From the NCBI GenBank assembly GCA_965235115.1, contig OZ249440.1:33854001-33918000 (forward strand): DNA of 64,000 nucleotides, written 5' to 3'. This DNA comes from Laetmonice hystrix. Its lineage: Eukaryota. Shown here piece after piece: positions 25,026-36,250 of this stretch. The position numbers were made by a program, and so were the translations under genes. Every line of letters starts with the position of its first letter. Position 1 is the first letter of the stretch. The notes below the pieces were generated by a model. That model was not told the DNA's origin, ran no database searches, and saw nothing but the letters and a program-made list of their open reading frames with translations.

Positions 25026-25436
25026 TGTTTCGCTCCATCAACACTATGATACAAAAAAGAATTCTGTCATGGTTATAATTCGTATTCGTCGAGGGTGGAA
25101 CATAAACTACAGTAATTTACAATACATGTACTACAAAATAATCACAGGTCTTAAGATTTCTATCAATCGACCTTTATACTTTAATATACTGTGATGATCG
25201 GTCGCAACACAGAGTAATAAGTAGGGTACATTATGAGGGTATCAAATATATACTGCATCAAATGTAATCCCAAACAGGTACTAGTCTAATTCAAGTAGTC
25301 TGGCTTTGACATGATAAACATTTACCGAGCAACACTGATTTAATGTTTTGCTGATTGGTCTGGTGGATGCACAAAATGTACCAAGTCATCATAGCATACA
25401 TGAACAGTGGAGTCGTTGAAATAAACTTTACAAGGT

Positions 25437-26382
25437 CAGGCCCGTAGCCAGGGGTGTGTGCAGGGTGCGTACGCAACCGCCCCGCCCCCCACAGCCCAAG
25501 CTCCCCCTAACTTCAAAAGGTTTCAAGCACTCGCTGGAGTACCCTGCACCCCCCCCCCCCTGCCCAACAGTCCAAGATCTTCCTAACTTCAGTTATTTTG
25601 TGCTCCAAATTGCACCAGATATCACCAAAATACACCTAAATTCCAAAATTTTCTGGGGGGCCATGACCCTGGACCCGCCTAACAAGGCTTCGCGCTCTCA
25701 GCACTAAACGTTTGCCGACTGCGCACCTTTGGCCTGCGGGGCTTGTGTGCTTCGCGCCTATATAGGCTAGCTATGGGCGCTGGGAGACTGTAGGGGTAGG
25801 GGGTGGGGGGGTGTCCCCTGCATTCCTGTTCCTAAATATTGACAGCCAGGCCCGTAGCTAGCGGAGGAGGGGGCAGTTTTCCCCTGTAACACCCCCCCCC
25901 CCCAGAAGATTGTCATATTAGGCCTAATTTGACTGCAAACTGGCTGGGATCGTCGGCGGTATCGTCAAAAGTGGCCAAGCAGGCTTTTCATTTCTATCAG
26001 AAAAGTGATTTACAGATGCCGGGAAATAGCGGGTTTCTTTTGCCTTCCATATTAATTTTTTCCCCCTAGGGAGGGCCCCCGGACCCCAAGCCGCAGGAAT
26101 GGCTCACTCCGTCGGCGCTGGCTGAATTTTACCTTATAGCTTTATCTCTGCAGCCCCTTTCGCAAATGCCTGGATTAGCCCCCCCCCCATATCTTGTCCA
26201 TTACATTTGTATAGTATTCCCATGCAGAGAGGGATCCAGGTTGGCGCCAAATGGGAGGGGGGGGGGGGAGTTGTGAGTGCCAAGAAGGGGTGTATGCTTG
26301 GTTTAAACCTTTCAATCAGAAAAAAAGAAAAAATACGTCATGGGGGGGGGGGGGCGCCTGCAACCCCTTCACCACCCACTGG
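25437..26382. mobile_element. Cluster of nested or decayed CAG-ended MITE fragments with poly-G/C runs (paralogue ~39984-40925)
   Basis: Several ends such as CAGGCCCGTAGCCAGG (25437) and CAGGCCCGTAGCTAG (~25847), similar to the intact elements at 31271 and 35052. Partner ends could not be resolved. Confidence 0.5.
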
Positions 26383-28399
26383 AATGGTCACTGATTCTCA
26401 TGTGAAATCTCTCGTGAAATCCCTAAAACGTTCAGGGAATTCGTGAAATCACCGTTTCACTTAGTGATCTCTAGGGATTTCGCGTAATTACTGAAATGAC
26501 ACCCCAGTAATTTCACAAAATCCCTAAAAGCAATTTATTTGTATAAAGCATTGATAGCTAGGGTCACTGGTTGGTCGGCTGGAATAAAATTCGCCGCCTG
26601 CCTCACCGGGAACGCCACCGTCTCGACCCGACATGTTGGGTTGGAAGGGGGGACTTGGAAACTCGGGCAGAACTTTTTTTATTATTATCTTTGGCCATTT
26701 TTCATGATTACATGATACATTATTGTATCAATAGAACGTTTGTTTACAATAAATATCTTGATTTTGCACCGGGGGAGGTCTTTTCATGTCGGCCGGCCGG
26801 GAGCTACACAGGGCTTGATTCATAATTGTTTTAAGCAAATATAGCTTGTCCTTGAATTCCGTTTCAATGCTAGGATGTGCCATTCTTCCTGATATGCAAG
26901 AAGGAATTGATACAGCGCCTATGTTGTCAAGTGCACACGGTAGTTAATTACAGACTGACTGAAAGTTTCCGAGTTACAGACTTTATGGGATTTCCTGTAG
27001 AATCTAACTGGAGGTGTGTCGTGTAAAGTTTAAACAAGGTATCGGGTCGTCAGCATAAGCTGATGTGTGCTGAGGTATACAGGTGCACCTCCTTTTTACC
27101 ATCACACCGGACTAGTTGGTTCCAGTGTGTTGATTTAGCGTATTTTACTTGTAACAGTATCCATAGTAAGTGTCTGATAATGTGAAAATATCTAATGTGT
27201 ACCACAACGTCAGATTAACAGGCTCCAAACTAAAGTGACTTGTTACGAATATTTTGACACTGTTTTTGACACTGGTACTGAATGACAAATATTTAAAAAT
27301 TTACTACTTCACCTTCACCTAGAAAATGAATGTCGCAGGACACAATAGCAGAAATATCAAAATGACAACATGTCACACCGTGAGAATTACTGTTTTCTTC
27401 TAAGTTAAACTCCCGAATATTTCATTCTTTTGTGTAAAAGGGACATTACCATTTATATTTATGGAAAACATCAAAGTTCATAGAGTTTTAAGAAATGAAA
27501 AGTACCATGAAAAACAGATAAAATTCATGAATGGGTGAGAGGGCGGGTAATGATGGCCGTGTCGGGGCATGAGCACGGGCCTGATGTCTTCAACTTGTTG
27601 GTAGACAATCCCGCTGGTGGACCCAGACGTGAGATAACGGGAGAGTGTTGCTTGCCCCCCTCCCCCCCCATGCACCCCCTCCACCCCCGACAATCTTGAC
27701 ACTGATGACGGTGCGCCAGGTTGACAACAAGCCGTGGTTTACACCTGTAATAACGGAGGTTCAATAACGGGACAGTGGCACGTGTTGGCACAACGTTGCG
27801 TTGACTGTTAGAAACCGAACAATAAGGTCCATGCACAGCCACAACTTTGTGTTGACTGCTAGAAGCAAAACAATAAGGTCTACCGTTGTAGTAACGGAAT
27901 GGAATAACTCCAGTCCAGACTTGGCACCTTAAAATGCTACCTCAGTGCCAAAATGTATAAAATTGTATGTCTCCTTTATGTGTACGTCCCACATTTGTGC
28001 CGTGACATTGTGTTAGTTGCCCATAAACCCAGCAAAATCCAGGTAGGCCATCAAATCTAACTATATAGCAAGTTCAGATGCTTATCCCAAGAATCTTTAT
28101 TATATTATGTATTATATATTATGTATTATTATATATTATGTTAATTAAGTTATGAAAAAGCGCGTTCACCTCCTACAGAGTTCATCTAAAAAAAATTGAA
28201 CTTCATCTGCCTCGAACCCGGCCAGAGTTTTGACATTGGCACCAATGTCTAACAGCGCTCTTATCAGTGCTCTGGGCTTGAGCACGTGTCTCTGGGTCGA
28301 TTGTTTGGTGGCCTGAGTGGCTGCCGGATGTCACACACCTCACCCGGTTACGCCCCAGTAGGCCACATGTGGACGTGCGCGCTCTAAGACCAATGAACC

Positions 28400-29185
28400 G
28401 TATACATGTTGGTTTTCAGAGTTCATAAAAGTTCATAATAGAAGTCTTGTTACCACTGCGGGTAGTTTTCGCTCGCGTAGTAAATTGAAAAGTTTGCCGA
28501 AGAGGACACGGTCGAATGGTTTTGACGCGTCGAGCATAGATCTACGTGTACCTATAAACATCATCGGTGTTTCTGCTTCTGTAGTAACTACATACTTTTT
28601 TCAGTACAGATGTGCATATATGTTGGTAGAATGCTCCGCCTTAAAGGCGTAAGGCAGTTCGCTTGTGGCCAAGTATGAGCTGTACATGCCAATTATAATA
28701 ATATCAAGGCAGAGCACAAGGCAATAGGCTACCTCTGTAGAGTGGAGCACATGTTGCCCCTTCAGTCCTTCGGAATACTTATCAGTACCGATTGTAGTAG
28801 GTCCATCGGGGTGTGTCAGTGTATAAGCATGGAGTTTATTAGGGTAGATACACGTATTTGAAATCTGCCACTGCAGTAGATGAAGTGATCAGAATCAGCT
28901 CCACGGATTCCATCGGATTTACCGTGGCGAAGACGTGACAAGGAGTTCTTTATATCCTGAAAAGTTACATAGCTTACATCACAGTGAGGTTCCTTGCATA
29001 AATCATCGTTTATTCCTCTTCTCGGTTCATTTATTTCTTGTCGGCTGTCGGCACACTCTGATACAGTGAGCTGTACTTTTGAGCAAAACCATTAGCGATG
29101 TCGCCGTCCTCACAGCGACCATCTATAGGGCAGGGCATAACTTTGTGCTTAGTTTCAAACTTTTTTATTTCCCGCCAGAAATAAA
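28400..29185 (-). pseudogene. Decayed non-LTR (LINE) ORF2 fragment, RT N-terminal region
   Basis: FWREIKK…FAQKYSSLYQSV…LRHGKSDG…SDHFIY…LISIPKD…LDASKPFDRVLFGKLFNLLRERKLP, with stops and frameshifts. Confidence 0.85.
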
Positions 29186-29423
29186 ATATGGCTGTCGCTA
29201 GCACGTTAAGCAATAACCGATCTAGGCATACTTATTTCATTCCTTTGAGCTGTTGGACCGCACAATGGTATTTGACTCTTGTGTTGCGCGTGATTGCCGC
29301 TAGGGCTCCGGCTGCAGGGCGACCAGCCTCTTTTCAGAGCCAGTGCTAGAACAGGGAATATGTGGGGAACGTTTATCGAATGAGGCCTAATGTATCTATC
29401 ATAGGCGTTGGGAGCGCCATCGA

Positions 29424-29438
29424 GTAGTAGTAGCAGCA

Positions 29439-29482
<44 letters not shown>
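29424..29482 (+). repeat. (TAG)/(CAG)n trinucleotide tract
   Basis: Read directly. It is the expanded inverted copy of the gag poly-Q segment at ~30520-30560. Confidence 0.9.
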
Positions 29483-29483
<1 letters not shown>

Positions 29484-29628
29484 GGGAGGCCGTACTATGT
29501 CACTCAAAACACGGGATGGTTTCAGTGTCCCAATTGGATTCTGCGTGGCATACCATTCCAAGACCGAGAGGTGTAAAGACGGACTATGCTGTAGATACCG
29601 CTATCTGTGTCCCAGATGCCAAGGCGGA

Positions 29629-30374
29629 TGGTATCAGGGCACTTTCCCCCTGGACATTTGCCACCGGATATCTGTCCCCGGACTTCTGCACCCTGTGACA
29701 TCGGCCCCCCAGACATTCGCCCCCTGGACATTAGCCCCAGTAGGACTTTTGCCCCCATAGGACATCTGCCCGCCAGACATTTACCCCTCGTACATTAGCC
29801 CCCGTAGAACTTTTGCCCCCCTAGGACATCTGCACCTCCCAGACATTCACCCCCTGGACATTAACTCTCATAGGATTTTTGTCCCCCTAGGACCCTAACC
29901 TAACCCTAACTTTAACTCTAACCCTGCCCTACGGGTAGTACTTCTACCCCCTAGGACCCTAACTCTAACCCTGCCCTACGGGAAGTACTTCTGGTCCCCT
30001 AGGACCCTAACCCTAACCCTACACCGCACCCTTACTCTAACTCTAACCCTGTCCTACGGGGTTTAATGTCCAGGGGTGAATGTCGCGGAGGGGGCAGATG
30101 TCCTTGGGTGGGGCAAAAGTCCAACTGGGATTAATGTCTGGGGGGTGAATGTCTGGGAGGTGCAGATGTCCTAGGGGGGCAAAAGTTCTACGGGGGCTAA
30201 AGTACGAGGGGTAAATGTCTGGGGGGGCAGATGTCCTATGGGGGCAAAAGTCCTACGGGGGCTAATGTCCAGGGGGCGAACGTCTGGGGGGGGGGGGGCA
30301 GATGTCATAGGGGACAGAAGTCCGGGGGCAGATATCCGGTGGCAAATGTCCTGGGGGGAAGTGCCCTGATACCA
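29629..30374. mobile_element. Foldback MITE with long repeat-built TIRs and a central (CCCTAA)-like tract
   Basis: TGGTATCAGGGCACTT … AAGTGCCCTGATACCA, GGACATTTGCC/GCCCCC subrepeats in both arms, and ACCCTAAC repeats at 29890-30050. Confidence 0.8.
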
Positions 30375-31750
30375 TCCGCCTTGGCATCTGGGACACACAT
30401 GTCGGTATCTGCAGCATGGTCCGTCTTTACACCTCTCGCTCTTGGAATGGTATGCCACGCAGAATCCAATTGGGACACTGAAACCATCCCGTGTTTTGAG
30501 TGACATACGGCCTCCCCGATGCTGCTGCTCCTGCTACTACTACCCCTGCTGCTGCTGCATTGGTTGTTGCTGGTATCCCTGAAAGGAACGTTGGTATTGA
30601 AGGACAAGGTCATGCCGCGTGATTTGCCAGGAACACGGTTGCATCTGCCCGTCCATCCGAAAATGTCGATCAGAAGATGACCAATTACAATTTAGCTTAC
30701 ACATACTAGAGATCTCATGCCGATATGTGAGAGCTCTTTTGCCAGCTTTACAGCCTCAGCCACATCTCGAGCTTTCTCCATATATATGGGCATAAACGTG
30801 TCAAAGCATCGTGCTACTGTGGGAAGGTAAAAGTGGCTTTTGTCTTGTGTTGGCGTACCCAAGTTGCAGAATGGCTCTTACCTAACTTCATTACATATTC
30901 AGATTCCTGAGGAATGGCGTATTCGGGCAGTAGCTATGCCATCTCGATGAATGTATCAGCCAACACCTTCCTGCGTAGCTTGGATGAAACCGTTGCACGA
31001 ATAATATTCCAAAGGAAGTGTACGGTCGTTCATTATTGGTTATGTCAGTGTCTGTATCAGAATCTAGGTCAGGGAGACGTACACTAGACTTACCCCTCGA
31101 CCGTCTTTCGGCAGAAGACGTGGACGACTCACTGTCATATGTTTGTCGGGATGGACACCGCCCCTTCTTACTTGTTCTCTGGTACTTAGTAGCCTATGAT
31201 GGACGCTGACTACGCTCCCTTCCATGTGAGTGTTTTCTTCTTGGGTGAATGGAGCGATCATCACTGATAGCAGGCACGTACCCAGGATTGTGCTTAGTGG
31301 GGGGTTCCATCAGGACAAGAGGGCTGCCCGGGGGCTACCTGTGTTTTTGCACCAGTCGACCTGGGGACCGGAGGGGCCGGGGGGGGGGGGGGTTCCGGAA
31401 CCCCTGGAACCCCCCCCCCCCTGGGTACGTGCCTGGATAGTGTCTGAGGTAGAATTATCGTCACTAGCATTACGTTCCACAACGTTGCCCGATGTGCTCG
31501 GATGAGGTAACGATTGGGTTTGAATCCATTGTTCAATCCGTTCTATCCTGCTCGGATAACACGTGCATGGCGTCAGGGCTTCTTGACTTTCTCGACCATC
31601 GGTAACATCAGTAGTTGATCCGTCATGGCATGGAGGAGCATTTTCGTTAGTGTTGTCAGTATTATTAGTATAACCATATCGCTGAGGCTGGTTGCAAGTA
31701 CGTTTGGGACGAGAGGACTTGGTGTTAATATTAGGCAAGATGTACAAGTC
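30375..31750 (-). pseudogene. Decayed Ngaro/DIRS-type ORF1 (gag) with C-terminal Cys/His finger
   Basis: Manual translation across stops and frameshifts: VSSKLRRKVLADTFIEMA*LLPE…FMPIY…HEISSMCKLNCNWSSSDRHFR…SWQITRHDL…PIGFCVAYHSKSERCKDGPCCRYRHVCPRCQG. Confidence 0.75.
31271..31435. mobile_element. 165 bp MITE, 5-bp TSD (hAT5-like)
   Basis: TIR CAGGCACGTACCCAGG/CCTGGGTACGTGCCTG with TSD GATAG on both sides. Removing it restores the gag frame (DTISDD). Confidence 0.85.
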
Positions 31751-31801
31751 AAAATTGAAAGTAGCAAGTAACAGCGAGAAAATATATAGTTAGAAGTATA
31801 C

Positions 31802-34276
31802 TCAGTGATTCTAATTAAGTATAGTTGGCTGAGTGCTTGAGGGTAACGTCTAAGGACCAGTAAACCATGTCATGGGGATGGGAAAGGGGCTGTTGGCTGA
31901 GTGGTTGGAGGTAATGTCAGAGAGCCAGCCAGCCATATCATTGGGACTGGGAAGGGGCTGTTGGGTGACTTGCTGGGGGTAATGTCAGGGAGACAGTCAG
32001 CCATATCAAGGGCACTGGGAAGGGGGAAGTTGTTGGTTGAGTAGATAGAAGTAATGTCTGAAGGACAGCCAGCCATATCATGGGGATTGGAAAGGGGGTG
32101 TTGGGTGACTGGCTGGGGGTAATGTCAGGGAGACAGTCAGCCATGTCATGGGGACTGGGAAGGGGGTGTTGGGTGAGTGGCTGAGGGTAATGTCAGGGAG
32201 ACAGTCAGCCATGTCATGGGGACTGAGAAGGGGGTGTTGGGTGACTGGCTGGGGGTAATGTCAGGGAGACAGTCAGCCATGTCATGGGGACTGGGAAGGG
32301 GGTGTTGGGTGAGTGGCTGGGGGTAGTTTCAGGGAGACAGTCAGCCATGTCATGGGGACTGGGAAGGGGGAAGTTGTTGGTTGAGTAGATAGAACTAATG
32401 TCTGAAGGACAGCCAGCCATATCATGGGGATTAGGAACGGAGGTGTCGGGTGACTGGCTGGGGCTAATGTTAGGGGGACAGTCAGCCATGTCATGGGGGT
32501 TGAGAAAGGGGGGGTGTTTGCTGAGTGTGTGGGGGGAAGCCATATCATGGGAACTGGGAAGGGGGGAAGGTGTTGGTTGAGTTGTTAGAGGTAATGCCTG
32601 AAGGCCAGCCAGCCATATCATGGGGATTGGGAAGGGGTAAGGTGTTGGCTTAGTGGTTAGGAGTAATGTCTGAAGGTCAGCCAGCCATGTTATGGGGGTT
32701 GGGAATTCGAGTCATCTTATCATCAGTTATGATCATTGTCATTCCCCGTGGGGGCCGGGAAACAATAGGCCCCGTCCGTTTCATCACCCTATGGGAGTGA
32801 GTGTGGGGAAGGTGTTGATTGTTTGGTTAGAGGTAATATCTGAGGGCCAGACAGCCATAGTATGGGGATGGGGAAGGGGATAATGTGTTGGCTGAGTGTT
32901 TGCAGGGAATGTCTCAGGACCGATCAGCCATGTCGGGAATTGGGAAGGGGGATATTGGCTGAGTGGTTCGAGGTAATGTCAGAGAGCCAGTCAGCCTTAT
33001 CATGGGGACTGGGAAGAGGGGTGTCGGATGACTGGATGAGGGTAATGTCACGGGGGAAATCAGCCATATCGTGGGGACTGGGAAGGGGGGAAGGTGGTGG
33101 TTGAGTAGTTAGAGGTAATGTCTGAAGGCCAGCCAGCTATCATGGGGATTGGGAAGGGTGAAGGTGTTGGCTGGGTGGTTAGGGGTAATGTTTGAAGGTC
33201 AGCCAGCCATTATTATGGGGGTTGGGAATTGGAGTCATCTTGTCATCATTTATGATCATTGTCATTCCCCGTGGGGCCCGGGAAACAATAGGCCCCATCC
33301 GTTTCATCACCCTATGGGAGTGAGTGTGGGGAAGGTGTTGATTGTTTGGTTAGAGGTAATATCTGAGGGCCAGACAGCCATAGTATGGGGATGGGGAAGG
33401 GGATAATGTGTTGGCTGAGTGTTTCCAGGGAATGTCTCAGGACCGATCAGCCATGTCGGGAATTGGGAAGGGGGATATTGGCTGAGTGGTTCGAGGTAAT
33501 GTCAGAGAGCCAGTCAGCCTTATCATGGTGACTGGGAAGAGGGGTGTCGGGTGACTGGATGAGGGTAATGTCATGGGGAAAGTCAGCCATATCATGGGGG
33601 TTGGGATAGGGGGAGGTGTTGGCAGAGTGTTTGGAGCGAATGTCCGAGGAACAATAAGCCATGTCAGGGAACGGGAAGGGGGATGTTGGGATGGTTGGAG
33701 GTGGTAGTACAGAAGAAAAACGAAAAATACCAAAAAAATCACAAAAGAAAAATATAAAAAAAAAGTTTGTGGGTGATGGATGTCGTTGTACTAAGACGCA
33801 TCTGCTGGGTGTTTACATCATGGCTAATCTGATGTCGCTTTACTGGGGCGTCACTGATGTGTGGTTGGAGGTGGTAGTATAGAAGAAAAACGAAAAATAC
33901 CCCCAAAAAATCGCAAAAGCAAACTGGACATGCAGATTGCACTAGCATTACGTCCCATGACATTGACCGATGTGTTCGGACGAGGTAACGATTGGGTTTG
34001 AATCCATTGTTCAATCCGTTCTATCCTGCTCTGATAGGACGTGGATGGCGTCGGGGCTTCTTCACTTTGTCGACCTTCGGTAACGTCAGTAGTTGATCCG
34101 TCATGGCATGGAGGAGCATTTCCGTTAGTGTTGTCAGTATTATTAGTATAGCCATATCGTTGAGGCTGGTTGCAAGTACATTTGGGACGAGAGGACTTGG
34201 TGTTAATATTAGGCTTGATATACAAGTCAAAATTGAAAGTAGCAAGTAACAGCGAGAAAATATATAGTTAGAGGTA
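31802..34276. repeat. Further diverged unit of the macro-tandem repeat; partial units also at 36344-37020 and 43400-44218
   Basis: Same minisatellite, 173-bp repeat and gag-derived segment as in 3695-17335. Confidence 0.9.
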
Positions 34277-35051
34277 GTCAGACCTCTCTAATCCGGATGA
34301 ATCGACATCCGGACCATTTTCCTTGGGAACAAATCTTATTCAAGTCATTTTGTCTACTTTAATCCGGATGTCTCGGTTTCCGGATCCGGACAGGCAAAAC
34401 TGAGAACAAATCTCCTCTTTAGCATGTAAAATGCCTCTCTAAACCGTCCCCCAAGTAGGCTGATGCATGGCCAGGCTGGGGGCCTGGTGAATGTAAGCGG
34501 ACGGCGGAGCGGGCCAGCCTTGCCAGAGGGTTGTACAGACGGGGTGGGTGGGTGGGTGGTTGGGGGGGGGGGTCAACGGTGGGTCACTTCAAAGAATGTT
34601 ATCACTACACATGGGAGCAAGGTCAGTCAGAGGGACTTGGCCTCCCCAGTTCTTCAAATTTTTTCACAGTTACACCTGGTATGTGGCCGAACACCTCTAT
34701 TAGGAGGTGACACCCTAACTGTAACTCATTGACACCACAATCAAAGACGCCTGTACTTTCTGTAGTTGAGCCGCAAAGGCTCACACCTTTCTTAAAGCCT
34801 GAGGTAGCCGACCTCACCTCTTTGCAATGATGGCCTCAAAGACTAACACCTTGAATGAAGCCGTCATAACGGTCATCACACCTTTTGCGCCAATTCTGGA
34901 TAAATACGAGATGCCAGCAAGCTTCTCTTCACTTTTCAACGACCTCTGAGGTTGAGGTTGACAGTGATGAGGAGACCGAGGTTGATGAAGAACCAGCTGA
35001 TACGCCACCAACCATACGTGAGGCCCGCCAGGGGATCAAGACCACCCTAGC

Positions 35052-35966
35052 CAGGGCCATAGCCTGGCCCAAATGCGTGGGGGGGGGGGGGGGCAGTAGG
35101 CCTGCCAAGTGATAGCACGTCATTGCGCCGGTCGAGCTAGTTCAGTTTCTAAACGGTGTCTTCCAGAACACCGTTTAGTTGTCAAGTGACGCTGGCCTAG
35201 CGACTCTTGGACGCTCTGCGAAGAGGTCCGTTATCGCAACTTTGCGGCCTTCGTTTTGGTACTAAACTCCTTCCAAGGACCATGAAATCAATTTTCATAG
35301 AGAGCCACGGTATTGAAGTTTCTATTTCGACCTTGATTATAATTATTGGACAAATATAACGTCCACACGGTCCGGTTGTTTACGAGCAAGTCGGGTCCGT
35401 AGCTCCGTCAGCCATCTGCGGTGCACCGAGTGACCGGGAACTGATAAAAGTTAGATCGCTACTGCTACCCGAAACGGATAGCTTCACTCTGTGCCGTCAG
35501 CGTCTGCTTGAACAGGTAGCGCGACCTACTTATGCGGTCCGTTCCGGATCAACTGTAGAAGTGGAAAATACGCACACCCGATAAACTGGGTCACCGCTCG
35601 TCACCCGCGCTGCACTGTATTTGACCAAACAAACTGAGAATTTCACCTACTAAGATAACATCCAACAAAATACATTTACGTATCTGTTGAAGTAACCTGT
35701 TTTGTGTACTCTCAGCAAGTTTCAGTGCCAAAAGTGGTCTAAAACATGACTTTGAGGCGATGATGCGCGATAGGACCGAGATAGAACCCCGGCAGCATAG
35801 CAGTCGCTGGCGCATTTGTACTCGACGGTCAGAGTCCGTATCGGACGTAAGGACTAGGACTTGTTGGAGTACGGTCGAGCTGGCCCGGGGTGTGGGTTAA
35901 AAAAACACAAAAAACTGAAAATCCCAGGGGGGGGGGCAGCCCCCCCCCCCGCAGGCTACGGCCCTG
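35052..35966. mobile_element. 915 bp non-autonomous element, 5-bp TSD (hAT5-like), nested in the pogo element
   Basis: TIR CAGGGCCATAGCCTG/CAGGCTACGGCCCTG with TSD CTAGC on both sides. Confidence 0.8.
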
Positions 35967-36182
35967 CTAGCTACCTACTTCACCAGCCCAATGCCTCCGA
36001 CACCTGTGATAAGCTCATGGACGACCTAAAGTACTTTCACAAAGTTATAATTTTTGTATTGTTACATTGTTTTTTTCTTATTCTTTAATCTACATTTCTA
36101 GGACCCCGATGCATTCACTGCAACTAACAAAGAAACCTCTGACCCCCCTATTTCTTTCATGTAAATCCACAGGTGGAGCTAC

Positions 36183-36250
36183 CTGCAATGCTTCTGGCCA
36201 CTAGGTGGCAGTGTAGTCGGTAATGCACCTGGCCACTAGGTGGCAGTGTA
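36183..36250 (+). promoter_or_regulatory. Two tandem CTCF-consensus motifs
   Basis: TGGCCACTAGGTGGCAGTG at 36195 and 36230. The first is preceded by CTGCAATG, like the CTCF upstream module. Confidence 0.55.

Larger units (their letters stand above)
17341..29092. repeat. Segmental duplication, copy A (paralogue 36575-43393)
   Basis: Co-linear, highly similar sequence. Copy A also has 19216-24138 and ~27655-27870. Confidence 0.93.

Noticed and set aside
29890..30050. True or interstitial telomere (also 10285-10325)
   Set aside because: Short, degenerate CCCTAA tracts confined to MITE centres.
31660..31720. Gypsy integrase C-terminus suggested by RPKRTCNQPQRY
   Set aside because: No integrase upstream, and the frame leads into DIRS/Ngaro gag motifs.
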